The translations under genes were made by a program, and so were the position numbers. From an uncultured Anaerolineaceae bacterium (lineage in GTDB: Bacteria > Chloroflexota > Anaerolineae > Aggregatilineales > Phototrophicaceae), in the NCBI GenBank assembly GCA_964455365.1, contig CAYVVZ010000011.1:29607-93606 (forward strand): 64,000 nucleotides of DNA, in the 5' to 3' direction. Positions 1 to 10,442 of this stretch are shown in pieces (within the stretch, counting starts at the first letter, position 1; every line of letters starts with the position of its first letter). The notes beneath the pieces are model-generated. The model had not been told where the DNA came from, ran no database searches, and saw nothing but the letters and a program-made list of their open reading frames with translations.

Positions 1-884
1 TCATCACCCGTGATTGCCAGCGGGTTGATGCTCTCAACCTGCCAGTTGAAGTTCGTCGTGAGGATATCCACCAGCACACTACCGCCGCCGTTATCGGTTG
101 CTTCCATATCCACCGTATCCGGCAGCGCCAGGAAGTAGGCGCGGAAGTCGCCACCAGCCGTGACGGAAATCAGCACATTAGTCAGTTCATATTGCAAACT
201 GAAGGAACTGACAGCACTCACGATCTCGGCTTGTTCCGGGTCAGGCTCGCCCGTCGCGGGGTCAATCGGCGCGACAACAAGCTGACCGGAGGAAACGGGC
301 GTTCCGGTTTCAGGATCAGCGTAGAGTTCCGCCACCTGGGGAGCGCGATTCAAGTCCACAAATTCGTAGCTGACCTTGCCGTTACTGAGCGTGGCAATTT
401 CATTCAGCAGCACTTCCACACGGTCACGTTCGGCTGCGCGATTCACATCGTAAAAGCCGAGGATGCGCACCTGCGGCGAAGCCGGATCGCTGCCAATAGC
501 GGTGATGATGTCGCCGACTTCTTCATTGAGCGAATATTCTTCGCGGGCGGTGAGGTCAACGAACAACCCGGCGGAGTCGATCACGGCATAAATCACCACC
601 GAGGCGATAATCACCAGCACGGATACCAGAATCGCCGTACCACCGTAGGAGATGGCGCGTCCGCGCAGCAAGTTCATGAAATCGTCCGGGTTCATCGCTG
701 CCCAGACGACGAGGCTGATAACGCCTACGCCCAGCGCACCAAAGCCCACGACTCCAAAATCGGTCTGGGTGAAGAGTACGCCCACCGCCAGCAAGAAAGA
801 GGCAGCGGCGATAATCAGCAGGGCGCTCGGCGGGATAATCGGTTCTTGTTCGGGGTTGGGTGTTGTCGGTTGCGGTGTGCTCAT
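1..884 (-). CDS. GldG-like auxiliary protein of an ABC-2 exporter (N-terminal part; gene runs off the left edge)
   Basis: Absent from the ORF track because no stop lies in the window. Hand translation of the minus strand from ATG at 884 gives MSTPQPTTPNPEQEPIIPPSALLIIAAASFLLAVGVLF... and stays open to base 1. It has an N-terminal TM helix followed by a DLTAREEYSL-type segment. It lies directly downstream of the ABC ATPase and ABC-2 permease. Confidence 0.55.
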   Translation of the reverse strand, partial: MSTPQPTTPNPEQEPIIPPSALLIIAAASFLLAVGVLFTQTDFGVVGFGALGVGVISLVVWAAMNPDDFMNLLRGRAISYGGTAILVSVLVIIASVVIYAVIDSAGLFVDLTAREEYSLNEEVGDIITAIGSDPASPQVRILGFYDVNRAAERDRVEVLLNEIATLSNGKVSYEFVDLNRAPQVAELYADPETGTPVSSGQLVVAPIDPATGEPDPEQAEIVSAVSSFSLQYELTNVLISVTAGGDFRAYFLALPDTVDMEATDNGGGSVLVDILTTNFNWQVESINPLAITGD

Positions 885-886
885 AA

Positions 887-1660
887 TTAGGAAGCCCTCC
901 AGCGACGTGTACCAACGATCAGAGTAGTGATGAAGAGTGCCACGGACATCATTAAGAGGAAGTACGCGACATCTTCCGCACGTAGAATGCCCTGCGCCAT
1001 CGTGTCCTGGTAGTGGCTGGTGAGGCCAAGCTGACGCACGAAGTTCGATGCGCCCTGTACCAACCGCTGGTCGCTGACGATCACGGCGAGGCTGTTTGCC
1101 AGGTAGAGCGCCAGCACGGTTGCGGCGCTGAGGAAGGCCGCGACGAGCTGATCTTCCGTCACAGCAGACCAGATGGTGGAAACTGCCAGCGTCGCGCCAC
1201 CGTAGAGCCATGCGCCCAGGTAATTCGATGCCGTGAGACCCATATTCAGGGGGCCATACTGCGCCAGCAAAACCACATGCACCAGCGTCAAACCCAGAAT
1301 GACCGTGTAGAACGTCCAGGCTGCCAGGAATTTCCCGACGACAAATGCCCATTCGCCCATCGGCAGGGTCATCAACACTTCCAGCGTGCCTTCGCGGGTT
1401 TCTTCCGCCAGCAGACGCATGGTCAGCAGCGGTGAAATCAAGAAGAGCAAGAAGGTGAACACGCTCAAATTCGCAGCGACCAGGTCAGCCGCGGGGATGC
1501 CGCCACCTTGCTGGAAGGCTGCCTGCTGCTGGACAAAACCAATGTTGCCCATGAAGTACAGACCCATGAAACCAATCAGTGCGAAGGCGATTCCATAGGC
1601 GATGAAGGAACGGAAATAGTGAACCGTCTCGCGTTTGTATACTGCCCAGAGTGCGCGCAT
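887..1660 (-). CDS. ABC-2 type transporter permease
   Basis: 257-aa ORF with about six hydrophobic spans. Its start abuts the stop of the upstream ATPase gene (1661), the typical ABC-2 operon layout. Confidence 0.8.
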   Translation of the reverse strand: MRALWAVYKRETVHYFRSFIAYGIAFALIGFMGLYFMGNIGFVQQQAAFQQGGGIPAADLVAANLSVFTFLLFLISPLLTMRLLAEETREGTLEVLMTLPMGEWAFVVGKFLAAWTFYTVILGLTLVHVVLLAQYGPLNMGLTASNYLGAWLYGGATLAVSTIWSAVTEDQLVAAFLSAATVLALYLANSLAVIVSDQRLVQGASNFVRQLGLTSHYQDTMAQGILRAEDVAYFLLMMSVALFITTLIVGTRRWRAS

Positions 1661-2674
1661 TTATTCCTCCTTGCTTTCTACAACATCGGTTTCGGCGGCT
1701 GCGACGGCAGGAACCGCTTCTGCGGCTGCTTCTTCCGCGTCGTCCACACCATCCACCTGATGTGTCATGCGGGTGACTTCCAGGAAGATTTCTTCCAGGT
1801 TGTTCGCTGCGGGGCGCACTTCCACCACATCATGCCCGGCGCTAACCAGGGCGCGGGTGATTGTCGGGCGTGGATCAATGCTGTTGTTGATGGGTACTGC
1901 GATGATGCTTTCGCGGTCGATGCTGGCGCTGGCAACTTCATCCAGCCCCTGCACAATGGTGAGGGCAGTTGCCATATCACCCAATACACGCACCAGAATG
2001 CGCTGGCCTGCTTCCAACTCTGCGCGGAGTGAAGCGGGGCTGCCCTGCGCCATCACTTCGCCCCGGTTGATGATGACCACTTTATCGCAGACCTGTTCCG
2101 CTTCGGAGAGGATGTGCGTGCTGAACATGACCGTGTGATCGCGCCCTAACTCAGCCACCAGATCACGCAGTTCCAGCACCTGAATCGGGTCGAGGCCGAT
2201 GGTCGGTTCATCGAGGATCAGCACTTCCGGGTCATGGACGAGCGCAGCCGCCAAGCCGACGCGCTGACGCATCCCCTTGGACAAGGTGCGAATCTGGCTA
2301 TCGGCACGCTTTGTCAGCCCCACACGCCTCAGAACATCCATTGCACGGGCGCGGCGCTGCGGCACACCACGAATTTCCGCCAGGTACATCAAGTACCCCA
2401 GTGCGGTCATATCACGATACAGCGGGACGCTCTCCGGCAAGTACCCAACGTGCTTGCGCACATCCAGGCTTTGCTCGAAGACATCAAAACCAGCTACTTT
2501 GGCATTGCCGCTGGTGGGTGGGGAATAACCAGTGAGGACGCGCATGGTGGTGGTTTTTCCTGCGCCATTTGGCCCCAGGAAACCAGTCACCTGCCCCGGC
2601 TCTGCTGTGAAGGAAATTCCATTCACCGCAGTGAAATTGCCGTAACTTTTCACTAACTCATTGACTTCTATCAT
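1661..2674 (-). CDS. ABC transporter ATP-binding protein
   Basis: Walker A GPNGAGKTT, signature LSKGMRQRV and Walker B VLILDEPT are all present in the 337-aa translation. Confidence 0.92.
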   Translation of the reverse strand: MIEVNELVKSYGNFTAVNGISFTAEPGQVTGFLGPNGAGKTTTMRVLTGYSPPTSGNAKVAGFDVFEQSLDVRKHVGYLPESVPLYRDMTALGYLMYLAEIRGVPQRRARAMDVLRRVGLTKRADSQIRTLSKGMRQRVGLAAALVHDPEVLILDEPTIGLDPIQVLELRDLVAELGRDHTVMFSTHILSEAEQVCDKVVIINRGEVMAQGSPASLRAELEAGQRILVRVLGDMATALTIVQGLDEVASASIDRESIIAVPINNSIDPRPTITRALVSAGHDVVEVRPAANNLEEIFLEVTRMTHQVDGVDDAEEAAAEAVPAVAAAETDVVESKEE

Positions 2675-3027
2675 AGATTACTCCTGAGATGCGGTTTTTC
2701 GGCTAGGAGTGACAACGGCGGGCATTATATCGTAGCGCTCCATATCATGACAGGGCGCATGACGCAGATGCAAATACACCTTAACAAGCTTTTTGCAATC
2801 CACCAGCAGCGAGCTTCAGGAGGCAGCCAGCGTCCTTTGCTGCTAGGGCTGCGAACTTGGCTGTTGAAGCTGGCACAGGATCAAGTATGCTTTGTAACTG
2901 GCTCATCTACAGAAATTGTAAATCTTGCCATTTTCTGTAACCGGCGCAGCACGCTGCGCCCCTACAAATCACACTTTTTACACATGAGCCTGGTATTTTA
3001 ATTGCTGCTCGGAGAAACATCACACCC

Positions 3028-3765
3028 ATGTTTGCACAAATTATCCTCCCTGCCATCAGCCTGGGCTTGAGCGCGGTCAGCGTTCCGGGGCCTTTGCAAG
3101 CCTATTTGCTGAACATCACCCTGCGCTATGGCTGGAAGCGTGGACTCTTTGTGGTGTTCTCGCCGCTGGTCACGGATGGCCCCATCATCCTGGTGACGGT
3201 CTTCCTGTTGGGTCAGCTTGATGAGCGCATCATCCAGGGGATTCGCGTGGTGGGTGGTCTGGTGCTGTTGTGGATCGCCTGGGGAGCCTGGAAGCAGTAC
3301 CGTGCTGGGGCATCTTTCACCGCAGAGAGCGAAGCCGCAGCCGAAATCACCCGCGCCAATATCAGCCCCTGGCGTGTATTAGGAACAGCCAGCGCTATGA
3401 ATTTTCTCAGTCCGGGGCCATATCTTTTCTGGACGACGGTCACGGGGCCTTTGCTACTGGAAGCACTGGAAATCAGCCCGCTTGCGGCAGTCGCTATGCT
3501 GCTCAGTTTTTACGGTACGTTCATCGGCGGTATGATCGTTCTGGTGCTGATCTTCAACCGCCTGGGAAATATCAACCAGCGCGTGACCAATATCATCTTG
3601 CTCATCACCATCGGCCTGCTGGTCTGGTTTGGTACCATGTTAATTGCGGAAGCCTTCGGCCTATCCGCCCTGCACCGCACGGTGTCTCAGCTTGTTCTCT
3701 TGCTGATTGTTGCGATAGCTGGGATTCAGTTTGTGCGTACACGGAAAACCTTACGCCAGCGTTGA
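3028..3765 (+). CDS. LysE/RhtB-family amino-acid exporter-like membrane protein
   Basis: 245-aa polytopic membrane ORF. The N-terminus (PGPLQAYLLN ... FSPLVTDGPI) resembles the LysE family. Confidence 0.7.
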   Translation: MFAQIILPAISLGLSAVSVPGPLQAYLLNITLRYGWKRGLFVVFSPLVTDGPIILVTVFLLGQLDERIIQGIRVVGGLVLLWIAWGAWKQYRAGASFTAESEAAAEITRANISPWRVLGTASAMNFLSPGPYLFWTTVTGPLLLEALEISPLAAVAMLLSFYGTFIGGMIVLVLIFNRLGNINQRVTNIILLITIGLLVWFGTMLIAEAFGLSALHRTVSQLVLLLIVAIAGIQFVRTRKTLRQR

Positions 3766-3848
3766 GTCTGTTGGGGCAACAAACTCCTTACAATGAGGGG
3801 TAGTTTCCGCACGCCTGGCTTTCAGGTGCATATCTATTGGAGTAAACC

Positions 3849-4235
3849 ATGTCCTTCACAGTCGAGCAGGATGCAGCAGCCAGGACAGTTATCGTCATCT
3901 TGAATCAAGATTTCAACCTGCAAACAGAATCTTCTCAGTTCCGTAGTCAGGTGATCGAGGCGCTGGATTTCCAGAGCCAACCTATTCCTCTGATTTTTGA
4001 TACCCGTACCGCCAGTATCTCTGCCCGTGATTTGCTGGTAGCAACGGAGAGTGAAAGCCAGGATTTGCTGCGGCATGCCAACATCCGCGAGACCATCGTC
4101 ATCACAAATGACATGCTGGTGCAGATGGCAGCGAAAGGCGTGAACAGCTTCTCCTTCGGTTTCATCAACGTCCGTACATTCAAAACGCTGGAAGAAGCCC
4201 TGGCCTATGTACAGGAAACATCAGGCATCCACTAG
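3849..4235 (+). CDS. hypothetical protein (possibly STAS/SpoIIAA-like fold)
   Basis: 128-aa ORF preceded by ggagta (3839-3844), 4 nt upstream of the ATG, with no competing ORF. The fold suggestion is only an impression from the alternating beta/alpha pattern. Confidence 0.45.
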   Translation: MSFTVEQDAAARTVIVILNQDFNLQTESSQFRSQVIEALDFQSQPIPLIFDTRTASISARDLLVATESESQDLLRHANIRETIVITNDMLVQMAAKGVNSFSFGFINVRTFKTLEEALAYVQETSGIH

Positions 4236-5021
4236 CAGCTTTACATTCAGCGACCAGGCGATATAGAGCGCTTCCAGGAAATCTTTGATTTCAACCGTGG
4301 TCGCGTCATCATGCTCCATAATCTGGTGCAGATAGGGATACTCCTCGATTAAATCCGGGGTAGCCGGGGCAAGCTGCATGATGTCACCCGCTTCCATCTC
4401 ACTGCGTTCTACCGCGTTGAAGAACACCAGCAGAATCGCCCCATGGTTGGGGATGATGTCGCCCACATTGAAGATCATCTCGAAGACCTGATTAGCATTC
4501 AGGTCAAATTCGCCCAGGATGCGCACCGCCGCCTGGCGATCTTCAAAGTAAGTATCCGATTGCTGGCGCAGTGCGGCGATCTGCTGTCCATCATACTGGA
4601 AATTATCCACACCCTGTTTCAGCAGCAGCCAGACCAGCGGCTCATTGGTCGACGGCAGTTGATTCAGCAGCCAGCTTTCCGCCTGCCCACTGATGGGGTA
4701 TTGTACGTAGCCCATGCAGCCGAAGGGCTTTCTGGCGCGGTTGGCGGGGCATCCGGCGCAGTGATCGCGCAGCGGAACCAGCGCCTCTCCTTGATCCAGC
4801 AAATCTTGCACGACAATAAGCTGAGTCTCGTCTTCGCCCTCGGCTGTTTGCCGCGTGAAATCAAAGCCCATCTGCGATGGTGGGCGGTCATCCCCATGAT
4901 CGCGGTAAAGCTGGATGATGAGCTGCGCCCGTTCCAGCCCTTTCAGCCGCTCTTTAATGCCTTCCGTGCCAAGTGTCTGCTTCGGCACGCAGTCATAATC
5001 AATTACGTAGTCAATCGCCAT
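4221..5021 (-). CDS. hypothetical protein with Cys cluster (HCAGCPAN...FGCMGY)
   Basis: 266-aa ORF with native-looking composition, convergent with the 128-aa ORF (15-nt overlap at the 3' ends). I recognise no family. Confidence 0.55.
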   Translation of the reverse strand: MAIDYVIDYDCVPKQTLGTEGIKERLKGLERAQLIIQLYRDHGDDRPPSQMGFDFTRQTAEGEDETQLIVVQDLLDQGEALVPLRDHCAGCPANRARKPFGCMGYVQYPISGQAESWLLNQLPSTNEPLVWLLLKQGVDNFQYDGQQIAALRQQSDTYFEDRQAAVRILGEFDLNANQVFEMIFNVGDIIPNHGAILLVFFNAVERSEMEAGDIMQLAPATPDLIEEYPYLHQIMEHDDATTVEIKDFLEALYIAWSLNVKLLVDA

Positions 5022-5064
5022 TGTTCTATCCTTACCCTGTTTGCGGGCAATAATACCAGTTCAC

Positions 5065-6903
5065 TCATTCCACCCGTAGGGTATAGGGAATCGTTTCGGT
5101 ACTCAAAGGAGCCAGGGGCGAAATTGCCAGGAAAATTGTTTCTGTGCCGGGGATGCCTTGCAGGGTGAAGCGGCTGTCTCCTTCTGCCAGCCAGCGGGTG
5201 ACCACTGCTTCGCCATTCACGATTTGCACGGCCTGCACCCAGGCACGCGGCGCGAGGCGGTTATCGGTGCGAATCCAACCCTCTGCTTGCCAGCCGCCAC
5301 CATCGGTTTCAAGATCGCTGGCGTAGCCGATGGCCTCAATCCGCAGATCATCCAGCGCCAGCCCCGCTTGGTTGACGGCATCATCGGTCACAACTTCAAA
5401 GCGCACCAGAATTTCCTGGCCTGCGTAGGCATCCAGGGAGAGGGATTCTTCCCGCCAGAACAGGGATTCGCCAGTGTATCCAGCGGCATAGGCGCGACGG
5501 TTGGGATCATCCTCCGTCATCCAGGAAGTTTGCTGTACGTCCCAGGTTGTGCCACCATCGGCGCTGATGCTGAGGTAGCCGTAATCCCATTCTTCTTCCA
5601 GGTCGTACCAGATACGATAGTCCAGGGCTGCATTCTCTACGTCACGCAGATCAAAAGCACGGGTCAAGCTGGGATTGCTATCATCTCCGCGCAGGCTGTA
5701 CCACATCCAATCGCCGCTAGCCGCAGCAGATGACAGCAGCGGGAACGCATCCGGCAAATCCAACGAAATTGTGAACTGTTCAGCAGACGGCAGCAGTTGA
5801 TAGTAGTAGGTACTGTAGGGACGCTGTTCGGCCTGGAATTGATAGGGCAGCGAGTTTATTTCCCAGGGATTGCTCTGTGGCAGTGCCAGAAGGGTCTGGT
5901 AGCCATAGCGGTCATCATCACGCAGCAGATTCGCCAGCACCCAATCTGCGAAAAAATCTTCAGCGCGGCTGCCATCCAATGCCGCCAACGTCGCATCCAC
6001 ACCCGCCAGCCCGTCCGCATCTTCTTCGCTCAAGCGGTGCAGCCCTTCCAGGCCATAGCGTTCATAAAAATAGAGCGAGAAGAGAAACCCAGCGCCGTAT
6101 TCTGCGGAGCGATTGACACCCGTCCCCCAGGCATTGAGCTGCGTCTGCGGATTCAAGACAAAGGGGCGCGACCAATTGCGCAAATTACCGAACCCCAATG
6201 TATATTGCGTCAATCCGCTGAAGCCCTCATCCACCCAGATGAACTCGTTGCGATCTTGCTGGTGGCGCAGCAAGTGCTGCAACTCATGCGCGGCAACACT
6301 CAACGCATCCTCTGTATTGAGTCCGACGGCGGCATGGTGCAGTGTAATCATCTCGTGTTCATTGCTGGCAGGGATGACCGCCTGCGGATAGGTATTCTGC
6401 GCAGAAAAATAACCTGCAATGCCGCGCTGCACCTGGTCGGTGAACAAGACCACCACACGCGGATCAGCATCGACACCCGGCTGCGGCACAATCCCCCAGA
6501 AATCCGTCACCGCTTGATACACTTCCGTATCAAACCGCGCCGCGAAAGACCGCGCTTCTTCGGCTGAGAGTGCCAGTGCCTGCTCGCCCCAGATCAGCAC
6601 ATGCTCCCCAATGGCGAGCAGTTCCGCCGGGATTTGCTGTGCCGCAGCCGATTCGGTGGCATTCACGAAGAAGGGTTGTACATCCCCTGGCATCCAGGCA
6701 ACGGGCATGGTCAGCGCCGGGGGAATATCCCGCACGCCCTGCAACCGCCCCGCCAGATCATAGCGATCCGCTGCCGGAACCTGGGCTTCTTCCAGCGCTT
6801 GCATGGTGGGGAACGGTTCTTGTAGTGAAGCAGCAGCGGGCACACCGAGAAATGCCACGCATGCGAGTAGTAAAAGGCTCAATTGAGCTTGTTTCATTTG
6901 CAT
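5065..6903 (-). CDS. secreted zinc metallopeptidase-like protein (HExxH)
   Basis: N-terminal signal peptide MQMKQAQLSLLLLACVAFLGVPAAA. HELQH is followed about 20 residues later by DEGFS (gluzincin-like spacing). A long beta-rich C-terminal region follows. Confidence 0.65.
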   Translation of the reverse strand: MQMKQAQLSLLLLACVAFLGVPAAASLQEPFPTMQALEEAQVPAADRYDLAGRLQGVRDIPPALTMPVAWMPGDVQPFFVNATESAAAQQIPAELLAIGEHVLIWGEQALALSAEEARSFAARFDTEVYQAVTDFWGIVPQPGVDADPRVVVLFTDQVQRGIAGYFSAQNTYPQAVIPASNEHEMITLHHAAVGLNTEDALSVAAHELQHLLRHQQDRNEFIWVDEGFSGLTQYTLGFGNLRNWSRPFVLNPQTQLNAWGTGVNRSAEYGAGFLFSLYFYERYGLEGLHRLSEEDADGLAGVDATLAALDGSRAEDFFADWVLANLLRDDDRYGYQTLLALPQSNPWEINSLPYQFQAEQRPYSTYYYQLLPSAEQFTISLDLPDAFPLLSSAAASGDWMWYSLRGDDSNPSLTRAFDLRDVENAALDYRIWYDLEEEWDYGYLSISADGGTTWDVQQTSWMTEDDPNRRAYAAGYTGESLFWREESLSLDAYAGQEILVRFEVVTDDAVNQAGLALDDLRIEAIGYASDLETDGGGWQAEGWIRTDNRLAPRAWVQAVQIVNGEAVVTRWLAEGDSRFTLQGIPGTETIFLAISPLAPLSTETIPYTLRVE

Positions 6904-6955
6904 GCCTCAACCATTTGCGGATCATCCTACGATTTCTAGCGTTCCAGAATCATCC

Positions 6956-7837
6956 TCAAGCCAGGAATTCTACAACTTCTCGGACGGCTTCCTTTGCCTC
7001 TGGAATAAACGGAAATATCGCTGTGTAAACATGGAACATCTTCGGCGCTTCGGTATAGGTTACATTCACCCCGGCGCGGTTGGCCTTCTCACGGAACAAG
7101 CGAATATCCGGTAAGAAGATTTCATGCGTGCCAACTTGCAGCAATATAGGTGGCAACATTGCAAGATCACCGTTGAGTGGCGAAAGATGGTGATGCGCCG
7201 GGTCTTCGTCCCCGGCATATAATTGTCCGGCCTCAACCAAACCTGGCCTGGATAGAATGGGATCAAACTTTTCCAGTGCGTCAATCGCTGGATTCTGCAT
7301 GGTAATATCCAGCCAGGGCGACAACAAAACCAGCTTCGCGGGCAGTGGTTGCCCCTGCTCGTGCAGCGCGAAGACTGACCCAAGCAGCAATCCGCCACCA
7401 GCCGAATCACCTAACATGCTGATTTGCTGCGGTGGGCTGGTTTGCAATACTTCTTGGTACACACCCACAACATCTTGCAATCCCTGCGGATAGGGGTGTT
7501 CTGGTGCCAGCCGATAGTGGATCATCAGCCCTGTGCGACCTAATTCTGCGCACAGCCTGGAGAGCAACCCCCAGTGCAATACTGAAATTCCCCCGACATA
7601 CGCTCCACCATGTACATAGATGAGCAAATCTTCCGAGCGAACGTCCGGGGGGTGTACCCATGTTACGTTCGTGCCACTCATCTGCTGATCTTCGTAGGTG
7701 CAGCCGCTGGTGAAGCTAGTTGGATGCCCCGTAACATCCATGCTGCGGATACCCTCAACTTGCAGCCCAGGGTTCATACGGGACTTGAACCGCATTGCAC
7801 GGAGATACAGGGTAAAGAAGTTCGCTTGTATGCTCAT
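6956..7837 (-). CDS. alpha/beta hydrolase, hormone-sensitive-lipase-like esterase
   Basis: HGGAY oxyanion motif and GDSAGG nucleophile elbow in the 293-aa translation. Confidence 0.8.
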   Translation of the reverse strand: MSIQANFFTLYLRAMRFKSRMNPGLQVEGIRSMDVTGHPTSFTSGCTYEDQQMSGTNVTWVHPPDVRSEDLLIYVHGGAYVGGISVLHWGLLSRLCAELGRTGLMIHYRLAPEHPYPQGLQDVVGVYQEVLQTSPPQQISMLGDSAGGGLLLGSVFALHEQGQPLPAKLVLLSPWLDITMQNPAIDALEKFDPILSRPGLVEAGQLYAGDEDPAHHHLSPLNGDLAMLPPILLQVGTHEIFLPDIRLFREKANRAGVNVTYTEAPKMFHVYTAIFPFIPEAKEAVREVVEFLA

Positions 7838-8025
7838 GAAGTACGACTTTCAATAGATGATTATGCCGTGAAACATAGGTACTGAGAATGACTTGCACCG
7901 GTCAGTATACCCCGGACTCGAAATTGGAGTGACCTACATCCAGCAACCGTTATCGGTTATAATAGTCGCACTCTCTGGAAACATCACTGCTGCTGACTAT
8001 TCATCATGGAAAGGAAAAACCCACC

Positions 8026-8583
8026 ATGTTAGAAGAAATTCTTTTTGATGCAGAAGAACGCATGGACTCGACCTTCAACGTTTTTGAATCCGATTTGCAG
8101 GGTATTCGCGGGAATCGTGCCAGCACCAGTCTGGTAGATCGTTTGATTGTGACGTACTACGGGCAGGAGATGGAACTACGCAAAATCGCCAATATCTCCA
8201 CACCAGAACCCATGACGATTACCATCCGCCCCTTTGACCCCACCGCTGCCCAGGCCATCGAAACCGCGATCAATCAGGCCAATATCGGCGTGAACCCCAA
8301 TACGGATAGCGGTGTCGTTCGCTTGAATATGCCGCCCCTCACCCGTGAACGTCGCCAGGAATTGACCAAACTGCTCGGCAAGCGCACCGAACAGGCGCGT
8401 GTTTCCGTCCGCAATATTCGCCGCGATGCCATCAGCGACATCAAAGACCTGGAAAAAGAAGGCGAAATTTCAGAAGATGAATCCAAACGCGCACAAGACC
8501 AGGTGCAGCAGTTGACCGACGATCACATCAAGAAGATTGATGATGCCAGCGCGACCAAAGAAAAAGACATCCTCGAAATATAA
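8026..8583 (+). CDS. frr: ribosome recycling factor
   Basis: 185 aa with a typical Frr sequence (LQGIRGNRASTSLVDRLIVTYYGQ ... VRNIRRDA) and the conserved position upstream of uppS. Confidence 0.95.
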   Translation: MLEEILFDAEERMDSTFNVFESDLQGIRGNRASTSLVDRLIVTYYGQEMELRKIANISTPEPMTITIRPFDPTAAQAIETAINQANIGVNPNTDSGVVRLNMPPLTRERRQELTKLLGKRTEQARVSVRNIRRDAISDIKDLEKEGEISEDESKRAQDQVQQLTDDHIKKIDDASATKEKDILEI

Positions 8584-8607
8584 TCCTGGCAGAAGTCCCC
8601 AATGTGT

Positions 8608-8632
8608 GGGCATAGAAACGGTTTCTATGCCC
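8608..8632 (+). terminator. perfect 12-bp-stem hairpin downstream of frr
   Basis: gggcatagaaac g gtttctatgccc lies 25 nt after the frr stop. No clear T-tract follows, so its function as a terminator is uncertain. Confidence 0.3.
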
Positions 8633-8746
8633 GTTCTCACCACATTTGATAGCCTTTGATAGCCAAACTCATTGAGGATAACCAAACATTACCATGTATA
8701 CTGGGGTATACTCTCATGTCCGGCTGCATGTAAGGACGTTAGCGCA

Positions 8747-9502
8747 ATGGCATTTTTGGCAAAAGATTCGGTAGATACCGAAACAAATCACAATTTAGAA
8801 CGAGTCCCACATCACGTTGCGATCATCATGGATGGAAATGGGCGTTGGGCAACGCAGCGTGGGTTGCCACGTTCGGCAGGTCATCGTCAGGGAACGGAGA
8901 ATCTACGCCGCATCATCCGCGCCTGCGTGGAATTTGACGTGAAGATTCTGACGATTTACGCTTTCTCGACGGAAAATTGGCACAGACCGCAGGCGGAAGT
9001 CCAGCTTCTCATGCGGATTCTGGAAATGGTGATTGACCGCGAATTGGATGAACTGGATCGCAACGGCGTGCAGATCCGCCACATCGGGCAGATAGAAGGC
9101 TTAAGCCCCCGTATTCAGAAGAAAATTCACCAGGCTTGCGAACGTACAAAAAACAACACACGCCTGATCCTGAACGTGGCCTTCAATTATGGCGGACGTG
9201 ATGAGATCGTGCAGGCGGTGCAGCATATCATGCGCGATGGCTTCGCACCCGAAGACGTGACCGAGGAGGTCATCAGTCGTTACCTCTACACTGGTGGCTT
9301 GCCCGATCCCGACTTCATCATCCGCACCAGCGGCGAATACCGCCTGAGCAACTTCCTCATCTGGCAGGGTTCCTACGCCGAATATTATTATACAGATGTC
9401 TACTGGCCTGATTTTGACAAAGACTGCTTCTATACCGCCCTGCAAGATTATTCCTCTCGCAAGCGGCGCTTCGGCAAGACGGATGCACAGATCGAAGAAT
9501 AG
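8747..9502 (+). CDS. uppS: isoprenyl transferase (undecaprenyl-diphosphate synthase family)
   Basis: [13 protein letters not shown] and [15 protein letters not shown] motifs. I place the start at ATG 8747 (MAFLAKDS) rather than the track start 8672. Confidence 0.9.
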   Translation: MAFLAKDSVDTETNHNLERVPHHVAIIMDGNGRWATQRGLPRSAGHRQGTENLRRIIRACVEFDVKILTIYAFSTENWHRPQAEVQLLMRILEMVIDRELDELDRNGVQIRHIGQIEGLSPRIQKKIHQACERTKNNTRLILNVAFNYGGRDEIVQAVQHIMRDGFAPEDVTEEVISRYLYTGGLPDPDFIIRTSGEYRLSNFLIWQGSYAEYYYTDVYWPDFDKDCFYTALQDYSSRKRRFGKTDAQIEE

Positions 9503-9527
9503 GGGCGCTCATTCAACGTTGCGCAAA

Positions 9528-9577
9528 TGCTAAGAGACTGCTTGCAACAGTCTCTTTTGCTTTTTATATAGGATTAT
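9528..9577 (+). terminator. intrinsic terminator of uppS; copy 1 of a 50-bp repeat
   Basis: Stem aagagactg / cagtctctt followed by ttgcttttt. The same 50 nt recur at 10801-10850 with 4 mismatches. Confidence 0.7.
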
Positions 9578-9665
9578 CTTTTGAGAATACTACAGCTTGT
9601 CGAATAGGGCAATCTTTTTGCTTCTAAAAACAGGGTAAGCAGAAAGAATAAATCTAGTTGGTAGG

Positions 9666-10442
9666 TTATTTTTTTATCAGACTGTGATCATTCATATAAT
9701 GAAATAATTTTTTTAATGTAAAACTAATGCCTAAATTATCATATTTTACAAGATGATCACCCCACACTTTTTCAACAATGTCTAAATTTTCGTATTTTAC
9801 AATTTCAAAAAATCTAGACCATTTACATATTGCATATTGTGACCTAGCTATATCATGAATCCAATTGTAAATATTTTTATCGCTCAACGATGTTAAATCC
9901 CATTGATCGATACTGTATCTGTTAGTATTTATATCAACACGAAATGTCAACTCAATTATTTTCACTCTATATACTAGCATTTCAATGCGCAAACTTTGGA
10001 TAGTAGCATCGGGCAAAGATATCTTAGGGTACTTATCAGGTTCCATAGGCCAATTATAGAAAAAATCGTTCCAAAAATATGGAACTACATCTAATCGATT
10101 ATCACGATATCTTTCTTGATTTTGAATTATACTAAACCAAGTACAAACATCTTGAGCATACCCTGCTTTTTTTAGTTCATCAAACGTCTCAAGCCAAACC
10201 GCAAGCAAGTCATCTTCGCTAATATCATCTCTAATGTGTGTATTAGGAAGGATTACTTCTCCATCTAAAAGAAGTATTCGACGCAAAAAAATTCTTGCAA
10301 TATCGCGTATCTTATAATTATACTTACCACCATATCCTAAATCTTCAGCAAATGATTCAAAGTAACTGACACTAAGGAGTTTAAATAGCTTTATAAAAAA
10401 ATTTATGTTGATTTTTTCTTCTTTTACGTCAAAACAATTCAT
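9666..10442 (-). CDS. orphan hypothetical protein, low-GC (cytosolic, Trp/Tyr/Asp-rich)
   Basis: 258-aa uninterrupted ORF in a region where hand-counted lines give about 30-38 percent G+C, against about 55 percent in uppS. No recognisable motif. Confidence 0.6.
   Translation of the reverse strand: MNCFDVKEEKININFFIKLFKLLSVSYFESFAEDLGYGGKYNYKIRDIARIFLRRILLLDGEVILPNTHIRDDISEDDLLAVWLETFDELKKAGYAQDVCTWFSIIQNQERYRDNRLDVVPYFWNDFFYNWPMEPDKYPKISLPDATIQSLRIEMLVYRVKIIELTFRVDINTNRYSIDQWDLTSLSDKNIYNWIHDIARSQYAICKWSRFFEIVKYENLDIVEKVWGDHLVKYDNLGISFTLKKLFHYMNDHSLIKK

Noticed and set aside
192-890. 232-aa plus-strand ORF and the 556-915 minus-strand ORF at the left edge
   Set aside because: Both overlap a third frame (minus strand, ATG 884). 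That frame translates into a sensible TM-plus-GldG-like protein and stays open to base 1. The listed ORFs have Arg/Gly/His-rich compositions typical of off-frame reads in GC-rich DNA.
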